This document shows positions 35,409-48,589 of a stretch of 64,000 nt of DNA, piece after piece. The number at the start of each line of letters is the position of its first letter. Positions within the stretch are counted from its first letter, which is position 1. Position numbers and translations under genes: made by a program. Below the pieces are notes generated by a model. That model did no database searches, had not been told where the DNA came from, and saw only the letters and a list, made by a program, of their open reading frames with translations. Origin of the DNA: Vitrella brassicaformis CCMP3155 (taxonomy: Eukaryota > Protista > Chromerida); assembly GCA_001179505.1 (NCBI GenBank), contig CDMY01000581.1, positions 265,597-329,596 of the forward strand. The letters run 5' to 3'.

Positions 35409-37449
35409 AGCAGCTGTGAACAACCGGTGGCCGGTTGAGTATGATCCTGAGACGCGTTACGTGCTGACAGTGTCGGTGCAGGACAACCCCGCCGACCAAA
35501 CACAGCTCATATACATATACATCGCCCTCACTATGGGAGTGGTAAGACCATGGCAAGCAAAACACGCACGCTCACATCAATCACCCAGATTTGTTGTGTC
35601 TCCCTGCATGTGTGTGTGCGTGTCTCCCTGTGTGTGTATCAGGTGTTTTTGTTGATGTGGCTGCTCTTCTGCGTGTACAAGGTGGTGAGGATGGGGCGGA
35701 CCAGCCCCACATCTGCACTCACATCTGCACTCCAAGCAGTAAGGGTAACCAACCATCCCCCCCCGCCTCCACCCCCGGGCACACACGAGGTTTCTTTCTC
35801 CCTCCCTCCCTCCCTCGCTATCAGTTTGCGGTTGGTGCCGGTGGTGTGGGTGACGGGTCGCCACGGAACGTCAGGAGGGTCCTCGACATCGACACACGAT
35901 TCCCCGCTCAAACCTTCGGAAATGCAAAGGTTCACATGTCTTGAGACAGACCCTCACACGCCCCTCCGTCCCTCTCCTTTCTCCGCAGAAGCACGTCAAG
36001 GGTCTGGAGATGCAGCGCACCTCATCCTCCATCCTATCCACCAGCGGCGTGGTCTTCCCCATTGCCGATGAGCGAGCCGTGACCCTGCCAGCCATCGCCA
36101 CCCCCATGATGGTCGGCAAGGGACAGAAATTCCCAAACAGCCCCTACATGCCGCCAACCCACTCCGTGACCACCCCCGCGCCCACGCCGCTCGCACTAGC
36201 ACGGGACACAGAGATGGAGACCGTCAGCGGGGGCCCGGTGCCAGTCGCCACGGGAGTCGCTCTCGGCCTCATCAGGTGAATTGGGCCATGGGTGGGAGCG
36301 CGGAATCGCATACCCATGTGTGTACGTGTGTGGATGGATGGATGCAGGGGCGACTCAGATGAGATTGCGTCTCACCGTAAGCAGAGTGAGGCTGACAGCC
36401 GGCCGCCAGGGGCTGAGATGGACGGCCATGGCGTGCGTGATAACGTCAGCCCGCCCGGCACCCTGCAGGAGGAACCCGTGGAAGCCAAAGAGGGAGAGGG
36501 AGAGGGAGAGGGAGAGGGAGGGGCTACCAGTAGAGCAAAGACGGAGCCGCCTGTGGATGATTTCTGGTACATAATGCCTAGAGGGAGCACTCTATGCTCA
36601 TCGCACGCTCTTTATGTCATGCAGCTGTTCTGTGTGTCTTGTGGAGTTTGAAGAGGATGATGAGGTGACTTAATGAAGGGGTGAATGAATGCAGACCAGA
36701 CATGTTTGTATGGATGCAGGCTTGTGGGATGGATGTGTGCTGTCCACTCGTGCAGGTCCGTGTGCTGGACTGCAAACACGTCTTTCACAAGGTGGGTCAC
36801 ACGGCCACGTGTGAGTTGTAAGGTACTAGGATGGTTCACTGCACTGTGTCTCCGTTTGTCCCGTCCACCCACACAGCTGTGCATCGATGAATGGTTCAAA
36901 GCACATACAGTAAGCTCACTTCACACCCAGAACACCACTCCCGACGACAGCATACCCATTCTCCGCTTCGTCTCCTCCCAGGTGTGCCCTTTGTGCCGAG
37001 CTGAGTACGGCGAGCTGGTGCCGATGGAGCTGCCCGGCGACCAGCCGCCCCCGCCACCCGTCCCATTCCTTCGCACTCCCAGTGGCTCCCCGCAGAACCA
37101 AGACGATCATGGGCCCCAGCAGCCCGAACAAGAGGGAGACACGGCCAATGCAGGAGCGACGCCTGAGGCCACGGCCATGAACGGCGGACCACCGGCAGTG
37201 GAAACCCCTGCGCCGCCGTCCCCTGACCTGCTGACGAGCACTATCCTGCCCGTGGATATGATCAACGGGGATGTGGATGGGTCGCCGTCATCTGGGGTTG
37301 ATGTGGAGGCCAGGATAGTGCCTATAACAGTCGAGGAGGAGGAGCAGACCGCCGTTGTGGTGGTCAGTCCGGACGATGGGGTGGGCCGTGGGGAGGGGGA
37401 GGGGGAGGGGGATAGGGGAGGGCACGCTCAGAGAGGGGAACGTGAGTGA
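33426..37449 (+). CDS. Single-pass membrane RING-H2 E3 ligase with luminal EGF-like domain
   Basis: EGF-like CPRQCLGRGNCRGGRCQCARGYGDEDC; transmembrane LIYIYIALTMGV|VFLLMWLLFCVY; spliced RING-H2 CSVCLVEFEEDDE|VRVLDCKHVFHK|LCIDEWFKAHT|VCPLCR. Start position uncertain. Confidence 0.85.
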
Positions 37450-37828
37450 CCGACATCCATCCATCCATGCATCCATCGGTGTGTGTGCACGGGTGCACGC
37501 ATGCCTTGGGTTTTTTCGCCATTTGTTGCTCTGCTTCGACGAGCCAGCGCCATGTTGGATGCCTGGCTGATGGATGCACGTCTCTTTCTGTGGTCGTTGC
37601 TCTCTTTGTTGTCTCGCTAATGCAGCCAGCCAGCCGGTCGTCGCCGTCTCTGGCGGCCTTGTTGCGTTTTGTCTGCACATGATTAAAACGACGTGTCTGC
37701 ATCGCATTCATTCATTCATCGTCAGTGAAATGAAGTCGGTCGGTCGGTCTGTCTGTCTGTCTGCTTGTACAACAGCCGTCCGTCCGTCCACCCGTCCATC
37801 CGTGCAGTGCATCCATGAGATGTATGTG

Positions 37829-39141
37829 CTACTCATCAATCCTCACGAAGGCAAGGTCGTGGTTGTGGCACGGATACATCTCATAGGAAGCGTGTGACAC
37901 ATGCAATGCTGTCACGCACTCGCCATCCCTCTCCCCAGCCCCATCCCTCTGCTGCCCTTCATCTCCTTTCACAGCGGGAATGTTGCAGAAGGACGACACC
38001 TGCACAGCACGCACCACCGACACGCCGACATAGGTGAATCTGCGTGTGTATCTCTTCTGTCCATATGTATCTCGTCTTACCATGACAAGGCCTTCAGGGC
38101 AAGAATCCTCATCACCGCTGGCGGCAGGGCAGTCTCGCCTCTGCTGGCTCTCTATGCTGTCGATAGCGTACTCAGGTACCCGCACCCTGACAGGCTGCAG
38201 ACTCCTGTCTTCTTCGCGCGCCGCTCCACACTCTGCCTCTCCCCCACTCACTGCACTATCGTCGCCGGCGGCCATCCTGTCCACCTGCAGAGGCTGGTCC
38301 TCCCACCAGTTGACCAGAAACGTCACACGCGGATGGCCGTCAGGTAGCTGCCCCTCCAACACGCCATGCACACCCGTCCCAATAAAGGTTAGGTAGCGAT
38401 TCAGTGCTGGCCACACGATGAGCGACTCCGCTGGCGAGGGGGGAGAGGGGGTGAGGGTCAGAGCGTCGATGCACTGTGCCGTGACGACGGTGGGCCCTGC
38501 GGGGTGTGCGGCATCGAAAGGGGTCAAGTAGAGGATGGAGGATACAAGGGGCGTCTTGAGCTCGTGCGATTCTTTCAGAAGCGTTTCGTCCTTGTCAACA
38601 TGGAAAGCCATCCCTTCGTTGCCCCGCACTTGACACCTGCGAACATACACGCCGACACCACACACCCACACAGAAAGAAAAGTGTGAGTGTCAAGTGAAG
38701 TGTGAGTTAGTGTGTGCGCACCAGTACTCTGCGCCCTTGATGTAGAGCGGCAGAAGTGGTGAGAAGGAGCTCTTGATGACTGTATCAAACAGGTGCTTGA
38801 TCACAACCTCGAAGATGCATCGAGGCTCTTCTTTGGATGTCAGCACCGAATGGGGCACCTGCACAAAGCGCAGAACATCCACCTAAGTGTGTGAGGAGTG
38901 TCCGTCAATGCCGCGCACCCAGTAGTTTGGCTGATCGGCCAGTGCAGGTGCGTGCTTCCGCAGTGACTCGAGCAGCGATGGGGGAAGAGTCTGGTCGTAG
39001 AGCCGCGTGAACCGCTTGGGATCTGCAGACAGAAACGACAAGCAGAGATTTGTGTTTCGACAATGCAGCAAGGGTAACCATCCGACGACATCGGCGGATC
39101 TGTTTCTCGTGGTTCCTCATCGCTTCTGTTGCTCTCCTCAT
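37829..39141 (-). CDS. 2OG-Fe(II) oxygenase superfamily protein (prolyl-4-hydroxylase-like fold)
   Basis: AEYWC...MAFHVDKDE (HxD), SSILYL, GPTVV, LNRYLTF.G..VHGVL (distal His), RVTFLVNWW (2OG-binding Arg). Confidence 0.7.
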
Positions 39142-39327
39142 GCTGCATCTGTCCCGGCTCTATAGCTATCTCTGGAGCAGATCTCCAAGGACTTGAGACT
39201 GGGGGTCGCCCAGTGGGCAGGCTCGCATGCAGAACCTTTCTCCGTTGCTTCTCTTTTGATCCCTTTCTCTTCCTGTCCTTCTGGTCGTCCTCCTCTTTGC
39301 CCCCTCGCACAAGGTCGTGAATGCGTG

Positions 39328-42300
39328 ATGAGTCTGGAACTTTCTGAGGCGTTCTCGAAGAAGCTGAGAGAGAAGACATCGTGGCGGCTGGATGACGTTG
39401 CTGACACGGTTGGGTGCGTGGAGAGGTGCTTTTACACAATCACACAGATTGACAAGCGATGGCGCATGGCAAGGTACACAATGAGAGCCGGCACGTGTGT
39501 TTGCCTGATTGATCGACTGCTTGTTGCTCGACCAGGCAGAAGCACTACGAGACATACATCAGCAAGAAGCTCACTGCAGAAGCGAGTGATCCTGCCAGCA
39601 CCGCACGGAGGCGGATATTCAAGAAGCGCGGCGTCGCCATGGAGGGCGTCCCGGAGATGCCGACCGGTCGCCCAATCAGCCGCCTCACCAGGTGGAAACA
39701 AGTCGGCAGAGGACACAGGTATGCATGCGGCTGCAAGTAAATGGAAGCACCTCTTCGATGGATGGATGCCCCTTGTGTTGTCTGCCTTGGCTGCATGTGT
39801 TTGATTTACTTCATTCGAACAGGCGGCAGCAAGACGCTCTTGACGACTTCGCGAGTGCAGCGGGCAGCCAGACTAGCTCAGTCATCGCCCCTCGTCGCCC
39901 AGAGACACGCACGATAGAAGAGATCCTGAGCGCTCAGCAGCAGGAGGAGGGAGACACGGAAGAGGAGGAGAAAAACCATGAGGCTGAGCCGACGATTCCG
40001 GGGACTCCACGATCTGCATCGACCGGCGCAGAGGTGTGGTGAAAGCAAATGAGTGAAATCGCCCGCTGTGTATGCCTGTGCGTGTATTGCGTGTTTATGG
40101 ATGCAGTTGGTTTCTCGACGACGGAGGGGCGTGCCGTCATCCGCTGCGTCCACGGCAAGCGAGGGGAGACCAGCCGCTGCGGCACCTGGTGACGCACCTG
40201 GTGAGGACACGACCCATGCTCCTGCAGGTGGGCGGGGATGTGAGCAGGAATCATACCTGCATTCCCTTACTGGTTGTTGTCAGACACGATCAAGATTCAG
40301 CTCGCTGAGCCCAGCGGTGCCCCTCGCCCCATGACCCCTCCCCGTGCTGGTGAAGAACACATAGCCCCCCAGAGAAGGCAGTCCAAAGAACGAACGTCGT
40401 TAGAGGTGATGCGCGTCTGGATGGTGAGGATACACATGTGGCGACTGATGTCCTCTGACTGACTGTACTGTCGTGTCTCACTTGTGTCGTCTCAGCCTCC
40501 TGCAGACGTGAAGGTGACCGATGGCTCCCAGGGCTTCGTGCAGGCCGTCAGCGATCATTGGCTGAGATACCCAGAGGCTGAAATTCCCCCTCAGGCGGCT
40601 TCAAGAGTCCCACGTCTGTCTCTGCCCCCCTACGCTCACGAGCAGGAGTCCGAGGCTCTAGGCGGTCTTCCTCTCTCGGCTCGGCTGCAGTGGCAGACGG
40701 CGAGGGCACTGCAAAAACTGCATGATACATGCGTGCCCCGAACGAGGCGAGGGGGGACGAGCGAAGACAGGGAATGAGGGACACATGCAGTACTTTGTGT
40801 CATGAATTCATTCTCTTGCTTGCTGCAGGGAGCGGGGTGAGATGTCTGGGGTGAGTACGGGTCCCTCGACCCATCGCAGGCCGCCGTCACAGCCGCGCAC
40901 GGAGAGAGAGATCCGCGAGACCGCTAGAAGGGTTGGTCAGCAACGAAACCTGACCCATCAGATCACATATGGAGTCGTCGTCGACCAACTGGCGCCGGGA
41001 GCCCCCAAAGATAGCATCTTCACACCGCGGATGATCAGCTCGGAGCAGAAGCGCCTGCTCATCGAGAAGGCCACGCGCCAAGAGTTCCATTCCAAGGTCA
41101 GGCTAGGGCACTCGATGACTTACATCACAAGGTGAACAAATTGCGTTCTTATGTGACAGATCTGCATCGACTCTGACCCAGCCCCCACCATGCAGGACAA
41201 AAGCGTCAAGTCCCTGCTCGATAGAATCAAAAAGTCAGAGGAAATCAATGTTGCCATTCAAATGCTTCATGTCTCGTACATGCAGGCATTATAAGGGCGT
41301 GCACGCGAAAGACCCGATTCGCGCGTGGCGAGACAAACCTCTGAAGCTGGCAGGTCGGCTACAGAAACAAAGCCTCCTGGATATGCAAGACGTTGGGTCA
41401 GTAGAACTCTCTCCTGTTTCCAGAGTGGGCTGTGTTCTCGCGTGCGATCCCGGTGCTGCCACAGCCCCCGAGCTCACCCAGAGCCAAGAAGAAGAAAAGG
41501 AAACGGGTGAGTCTTCGGCTGACATTCATCCAGAACACACGTGTGCTGTCTGTCAATCCATCTGCAGAGAAAGAGGCGGGATCAGCTCAAGGTTGAGGCG
41601 TTCGACAGCGACAGCCGGCGAAAAGCAGCTGCCAGACGGCGAGAGCAGCAGCCTGCTCCTCGGGCCTGTTCATTTCTCCCACCGATCATTGCTTCCCCGA
41701 CGGTCATGGGCAGCAGTGACAGCAGCCCCATGAACACCACGCACGTGTCGCTGGAAGCACCTGAGCCCACGTCGCCAGCCAGGCTGAGGGGGAGCCCCGG
41801 CCGTCATGGCGACCAGAGGGCCTTCTCCCTGCCGAATCCACATGCATCCCCCTATGCGGGGCTGATGACCAGCGCCTCAAGCCCGAAAGCGAGATCTGGG
41901 CATCGCCCGGTGACAGAGGAAACGAAGGCTTGCTACACGTGGCTTGTATTGCCATATGTGCTGTCTCGTCTGTATGTGCGTGTTGGGGGCTTGTAGTCAC
42001 AAGCGTCGAGCAGGGGCAGCAGAGACAGCCCGCCGGAGCTCCGACGCACCTTCGCTCGCTCCAAGACAACAATGCCAGAGAGCACGCAGCCGAGATCTCT
42101 GGATCGGCATGAGCGGCCCTCCACTTCAGTGTCCGGAAGCAGCCGCAGAAGTTCGCCACGACGGTCACCGCTGATCGACCCCTCACCCACAGAGGTAGCC
42201 TGTCATGCAGAGAGGGACCACTCGTGTTTTCAAGACACTCCGCTTCCTGTTCTGTCAGCTTGATCATGCATGTGAGACTGATCATTCGCGGGAGGACCAC

Positions 42301-42375
42301 CGCCGGTCCTTCAGCAGACGAGGGAAGCTCGACGACTTCATCAGACGATGCAGTCAACAGCATGAGCCCTCATGA
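39328..42375 (+). CDS. Hypothetical low-complexity protein, multi-exon
   Basis: Chain of exons with canonical junctions from MSLELSEAFSKKLREK to ...RRCSQQHEPS*. No family recognised. Confidence 0.6.
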
Positions 42376-42481
42376 CAAGACAGCACCCATCTATTTGTCA
42401 TTCCTCAGTCCTTAGTCCCAGACAAACACGAGACACATCAATGGCCTATTTGTCGAAACACCTGTCGGTCTGTACATACAG

Positions 42482-44221
42482 TCAGTACCGCCATGGATAG
42501 TTCACCTTGGCCGCCATCCTGCGCAGCTTGGGCAGCAGATCACCACTGCGTAACAAGGCCTCCGAATCATGGAGAGCAAATAGTTGATACGGAGGAGCAA
42601 AAGCCCGGTTGCCTATGCTTGTGTCATCCCTCATGATGCTAGAGGACATGTCCATCTGCAGGAGTTGGCCGCAGGCAGGGCAGATGTCACCACGATAGCG
42701 ATGAAGCTGGTCCGTTTGGAAGGGGAAAACCTCTCGCGGGTGTCGCCTTGCGATCGACATTCCGATGTCAATTGTACGGCGCATCTCATCCACAAAAGTC
42801 TGTTGAAGTGCCTGCATGAGACATGTTTGCCAGATGAATCGGCGTGTCTGTTTGGCTTTGGGGGGATGGCGTACCTTCACGCGAACATAGGCCGGGTTGA
42901 GACTGTGGAGATCGGCACCTTGCTGATATCTTTCTCTTCCCTACGCCCAGCCAGGAGACATGAAATAAGATACTCTTCCAGCATGCCTCGGCCCCAAGGT
43001 GTTGTTTGATACCCGCAGCAAGAAGTATTTGAGAGCGTCGGGAGGAGCGGGAGGGGCGTCAGACCCTCCCGCCCCTGCCGACGCCTCCAACTCTCTCCGA
43101 AATGGATGGTCTAGGCCTTCGTGCAGCAGCGAATGCCAGAAGGCTGGTGCACTCATCTTCCGCGGCACAAGCTCATCGTAGCGTCGCTTGATCGTAGGCC
43201 ACTCTGCCAGGACTGTCGTCATCTCAGAAGCAGCAGGAGCCTCTTTCTGACGGGGAGGCACTGAACTTGATCGCTGGGCTTCGCGCATTTCTTCCCGTAT
43301 TTGCCAGCTACTTGTCTCCTCCCACTGACGTGTCTCCTCTTCATCAGCCTCCTCTTCCGTGTTGGCTTCATTGTCAAAGTCCCCAGGCTGTGCATAGTCC
43401 TCCTCATCACTCAGGTACAGGGATAGCCGCGTCACCCCATCATGGCCTGTCTCTTGCACAAGACTCCCCCTCTTGCCGAGCTCAGATGTCGGGAAGCAGA
43501 CGGGCTCGGCGTCCATGCCATCATCTTCGTCAATTGGGGCCCACAGCGATGTCCGATGCTCAGCACTCGTGAACAAAACACCCTCTCTCCCGAAGCTGCA
43601 GACGACAGGTCAACATGAATTCCCCACCTCTCCCGTGAGCAGTGCCCTCCATGAATTCCCTCTCACCGGCTGCAGACGACAGCGTCGTCGAAGCTGCTCA
43701 CATCGGTGGAAGCCACTGAGACGCGGTGCACGGCCGATGCGTCGATGACAGAGAGCCGGCTCTGTCTGCCGGCAGGTCTGATTGACAGCCTGTACTGGTC
43801 CATCAAGGCGGCAGCGTTTGTCCAATCCCTTTCCGATGCGAAGAGAAAGGCAACGCACTCCAAGCCAGCTGCGGAAGATGGGGGCTTGAGGGATACGATC
43901 AGGAACAGCTGGGAATGCTTGATCCTCATCTTGGTAGCGGACTCCACCTGAGGATCAAGCAAGATGAGACAGAACGGTAGCGGCTGTAGTCGTACCACCT
44001 GTGCTGTTCAGCTGAGGTTGTACCTCTGTATGGCGAAAGGAAATGACGGTCTTCTTGTCTGCGGACAGCGTCCATTCAACTTGGTCATCGGTAATGGCCA
44101 GAATGCCGTCTGCACCCTGGTGTCGACAGGGGAAAGACCTTTCCGCAAGACGTCGCTTTGCGTCGGCATCCCCGTTCGCTCTGCTTTGTGCTCTCCGGGT
44201 GTCCTTCTTCTGGGGCTTCAT
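42482..44221 (-). CDS. PH-like plus BSD-domain protein (possibly TFIIH p62/Tfb1-like)
   Basis: N-terminal RHQGADGILAITDDQVEWT...FLIVSL..AFLFASERDWTNAAALM is PH-like. VLAEWPTIKRRYDELVPRKMSAPAFWHSLL matches the BSD pattern (P..FW). Confidence 0.45.
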
Positions 44222-44590
44222 ACAGCTGCAGCCTATCACCGCGATAGAAGCAGTCCCCACGCTTGAGTCGACCTGTGTTGATCTAGACCATACCCACCGT
44301 ATGGTCTAAGCAGAGCACAAGACAACCAACTACAGCCTGTTCAGAAGCAGTCAGAGAGTCTGAGACGGGCCCACAGCCCCCCAAAAAAGCTCGCCGCCAG
44401 TCTCTGAGTTCGACAACGTACCTGGTAGACGGCTCACCAAAGCCCATGCAAGGCGCCACGATTCATCGACTTCCTGTTTCGAGAACATTTCGTGCGGGAC
44501 GGCCCGATGGCGCCCCAAAGGTGAACAACGTAATGCGAATGCAGCTGCATACCACATGCATTCACTCTTGTTGTATGTATGTGTCTGTCC

Positions 44591-47510
44591 ATGATGCAGG
44601 CGACGGTGCCTCTTCTCATCGGCTCCCCGACCACTTCCTCCCCTGCAGTGGCCAATCCAGCGTCCTCACGAGTCCCTACAACAGGCACAGACCAATCCAC
44701 GCCCCTCATACCGAGCAAGACAAGCGCGGCGGCCATTATAGATGGGAATGATAGCCAGGAGCTGCAGCACAAGGTGCAGGCGAGCTATGCCGAGCCTCTT
44801 AAGGAGCCAGTTCAGCCGACGGAAGATGAGGAAGCCGCTCATCAGCAGCCAAGGGGGCGTGCGCTGTCCCATCCGTCATTCGTGCAAGATCCGTGTGCGT
44901 TCTGCTCCGACGATGGTGCGCCACCGGTCCCCCCTCCCCCTCCCGCCCCCCTCTCCCCTCCTCAGTCGTCATCTGTGGTCAACCAGCCGCGGGCTCCCGT
45001 GTTGATCAGTGACGTGGAGCCTCTGCCGGTCGAGAAGGACATTGCAAATGTCTGCTCTTCCCTGCAGCGCCTGCTGGCACACATGAGCAGAGCGACCACA
45101 CCACCGAGGAGCCCTCCCGATGGGGCTCCGATGGCTCATCGCACGACGGCGAGTCCACCGCCCGACAGGAAGGGCAGTCCTGAGTCGTATAAGGGCAGAG
45201 AAATGGTAACCAATTCACGTGAATGTTGCATTATGAGTCAAACGGTGTCCTGTTGGGTGCTGTTGGTTTGTTTCAGGAGAGGTGGGCTCGTCGGCAGGAG
45301 GATGAACAGAGGGAGCAGCGGGCACGGGAGAGGGCGAGCGGGGGGGCCACATACAGCGGATTCGCCGTCCTCTCACGCTCGGCTTCGCCGACGCCGTCAC
45401 ACAAGTACCGCAGCCCTCCACAGGGGGCCTGTGTTGGTGCTCGCGATGAGCACCAGCATCGGCAGCACGTGGTGCGGCGGAGCCGGCCCACGGTGCCGCG
45501 GCCCTTTCACTTGGCCACAGCCGATCGGTCGGTGGAGCGCAAGCAGGGGGGGGAGGCTGAGGGGGTGCGGAGCGTGCCTGTGGTGCTGTTGGATAAGGTT
45601 GAGTTTGTGGAGCCGGTGGCTCGCCCATCGCAGGGCGACTCGATAGACACGACCATGGTGAAGGCGCAGGTCGCGTCGTTGAAGAGGAGCCTTAAGCAGA
45701 AGAGTGTTGAGCTCAACAGGTACGCAGCTAAGAGGAAAGGGACGGGCGGTGGAGAGGGTTGGACATCTTGCTATCTGTGTATCTCGTCGCAGGCTCCAGG
45801 ATCGGCTTGCAGCTGAGCGTGTTGCGTGGGAAGATGCACGCACAGAGCTCGCACAGGAACGCGACGACGCGCTCAAGTAAGGCAACGTCGGTCAGCTCTT
45901 GCCGCAATGTCATTGCGACTCGACTCGTTTCTCTCTGCAGGAGGGCCAACAAGTCGCGTGCCGCCCACAACACACAAGCGTCCAGGTACGTGGTATGGGA
46001 CGCGACACAGCAAGCAATCAAAGATGCGTTGTTTTTGCTTTGGTTCGAAGAATGCATGAGAAGGATGACAAACTCGCTAGAACGCTCAAAGAACTATGGT
46101 ATTCAGTCAATGACAAGCGTGCCGTGGATTGTGTGGTCCATCCAATCGTTGTGGTGTATCTGTCAGGGAGAGCGAGCAGGCCAACACGGAGCTCAAACAG
46201 AAACTAGCCGACATGACACGGCAGCTGCAAAGTAAACCAAACCAACAAACACAAGATTCTGCATCTACCTTTCTGTATGTGTCATCTCACCTGAATCCAT
46301 ACAGCTATCCAACATCAGCTGCAGTCGGCCAATGGTGCCGCTGCGCCGCCGCCCTCCGCTCACCCACCCGAACCACCCGCACCAGGTGACGACCTCGACG
46401 CCGAGGTTCGCCGCGTTTTGGAGCGGAAGGGCGACGACGGCGAGGAGGGTCGTGACGTCAACGAGGGTCTGCGGCAGCATGTAGCGGAGCTGGAGGAAAG
46501 TCTCACCAAATCGCAGGGCGAGGTCGAAACACTGCAGGTAGATCTCACGCGAATATTGGCTGTCGGCGGGCGATTGATCAATATTGTCGCGTGGTCTGTT
46601 TGTTGGCCCTTCAGGCACAGCAGCGTGAGGTGGCCAAGGCATTAGCCGATAGTTTGGAGGAAAACGCCTCCCTGCAGGTGAACATCCAGGTACGTACGAG
46701 TCCACAGACGACAGATACACGATGACATCCATCTGGCATTGCTGCCTGCCCGTCGTCTGTGTATTCCACGCAGCAATTGAAGGAGGAGAAGAAGAAAGAG
46801 GTAAGGGCACAGCCTTTCCCTCAGACGCATTGTGTGCGCGTCGATCTGTCACTGTGTTCTGGCTGTGTGCAGGATGATGCGCGAAAGGCCGACGTGCATC
46901 ACGAGGAGCGATGTCGGCTGTTGGAATACGAACTCTCCAGGTCTGAGGTCAAAGCAGACAGACTCGCAAGAGAACTCGAGGTGGGATGAATGCAGCTCTT
47001 CACGGCTGACACACATTGAAGGGTCTGTGTGTGTGTGTGTGTTTGTGCCTGTGCCGCTTGTGCAGACATTGAAAGACGAGCACGCGACCCTCACAGCACA
47101 GAAGGCCACCATGGAGTCTGAGTCCGACGGTCAGCTACGTGGCCTGCACCATATCATCAGCGAGAAGGATGAGGAGCTCGCCAGGCTGGAAAAGCGTGTC
47201 CTGTCATTAGAGCGTGAGGTGAGTGCTACACACAACCAGACATGTGTGTCTATGTGCGTGTGTGCCCATCGCTCAGCTGGAGTCGGCCCGTCAGACGCTG
47301 AGCCAGTCTCTGAGGACCGGGGAGGCGTCCGCATCTGGACCGTCGTCAGTCGAGAAGGCCGACCTGGTGCAGATTCTCCGGGCTCAAGCGCGGAGCACGG
47401 AGATGCTGCTGGGCGAGCTGGAGAGGAGAAACGAGGGGCAGGAGCAGGGTGACAATGAGCAGACAAGCCCTCTCTTCGGCGAACGGTTAGACCATCACAA
47501 GGACGACTAG
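44591..47510 (+). CDS. Hypothetical protein with P/S-rich N-terminus and long coiled-coil C-terminus
   Basis: Large first exon, then heptad-rich exons (VKAQVASLKRSLKQKSVELNR; LRQHVAELEESLTKSQGEVETLQ; KDEELARLEKRVLSLERE) ending HHKDD*. Confidence 0.7.
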
Positions 47511-47882
47511 CCGTGTTGCGTGTGCGGGGGGAGCAGGAGAGCAGGGGAGTGTTGGCAGGGGAGGCAGGGGCATACAGACATGGAGTGGTAGATAGAGAGA
47601 CGGTGATACTTACTCTGTCACATTGCCTACCGGTGTTTTATTCGTGCGTGTTGGTGCTCTGTTGATTGATTGCAATGGTCGATTGACGGTTTTTTCTGTC
47701 GTGTGCAGTGGGTGCAGTGCACGGCACGGACAGACATGTAGTCGACCGAGTGTTTTCATGTACATGTCTGTGTACGTACAAGCACGAGTCTCGATCAACG
47801 CAGAAGCGACCCTAAGACCACTCAGTGATTGATTGATCGATTGATTCATTCCTCGCTTCACTGCTGCGCGCGACGTCAGCTG

Positions 47883-48589
47883 ATGAGCCTCCCCATCATG
47901 AGCACCCGGCAGGCTGGTCTTGTCATGCTCTCACTCTCACTTTATCTGCTGCTGCTGCTGCCGGTCGACGGCGACCTCTTCTCCGAAAGAGACATGGTAC
48001 ACAAACCAGAGACACGTGCAGGCACATACATACAGGCTGTCTTAACTTGTGCGTATTCGCGCGTGTGTCAGGCCGAGAAGACTGTGTGCAGCACATTGCA
48101 CCACGGTGGCGACTCTGGCAAGACGACAACTGCGGTGGGTGACATCGTCAAGATTCGCCTCAAAACCTCAGCTGCTGACATGTTCTCCACTTACAACGAC
48201 CACGGTATGTCTGCCACCCACACACAAACACAGCCAGCAGCAGCCCGCGCAAAAGGCCTCCATGCATTCCTCTCTCTCTCTCTTCTCTGTGTTTGTGTGT
48301 GCAGGCGAGTCAGTGCAGGAGAGGGTGAAGGTCGGTCAGCACAACGTGACGCCGCTCAACAAGTGCCTGATGGGCATGTCAGTTGGGGAGACGCGACGAG
48401 CCAGCATCCCTCTCACACAAGGCTTCGACATCACATACACGGTTAGCCAACCAGCCGGCCAGCCGCCACACAGACGGAGGGAGGGAGGGGGAGAGGTGTG
48501 TGTGCATGTATGTCTCTGTCTGTTGTTGTGCGCAGGTGACGTTGCTGAGTGTGGAGTCGAAGGCGAAGGGACACGAAACAGAGCTGTGA
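47883..48589 (+). CDS. Small ER-type FKBP-fold protein, probably catalytically degenerate
   Basis: Signal peptide (GLVMLSLSLYLLLLLPVDG). Four exons give VGDIVKIRL..MFSTYNDH|GESVQERVKVGQHNVTPLNKCLMGMSVGETRRASIP..ITYT|VTLLSV..GHETEL*. GMSVGE.R..IP is the FKBP signature, and ETEL is a KDEL-like end. Confidence 0.7.
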
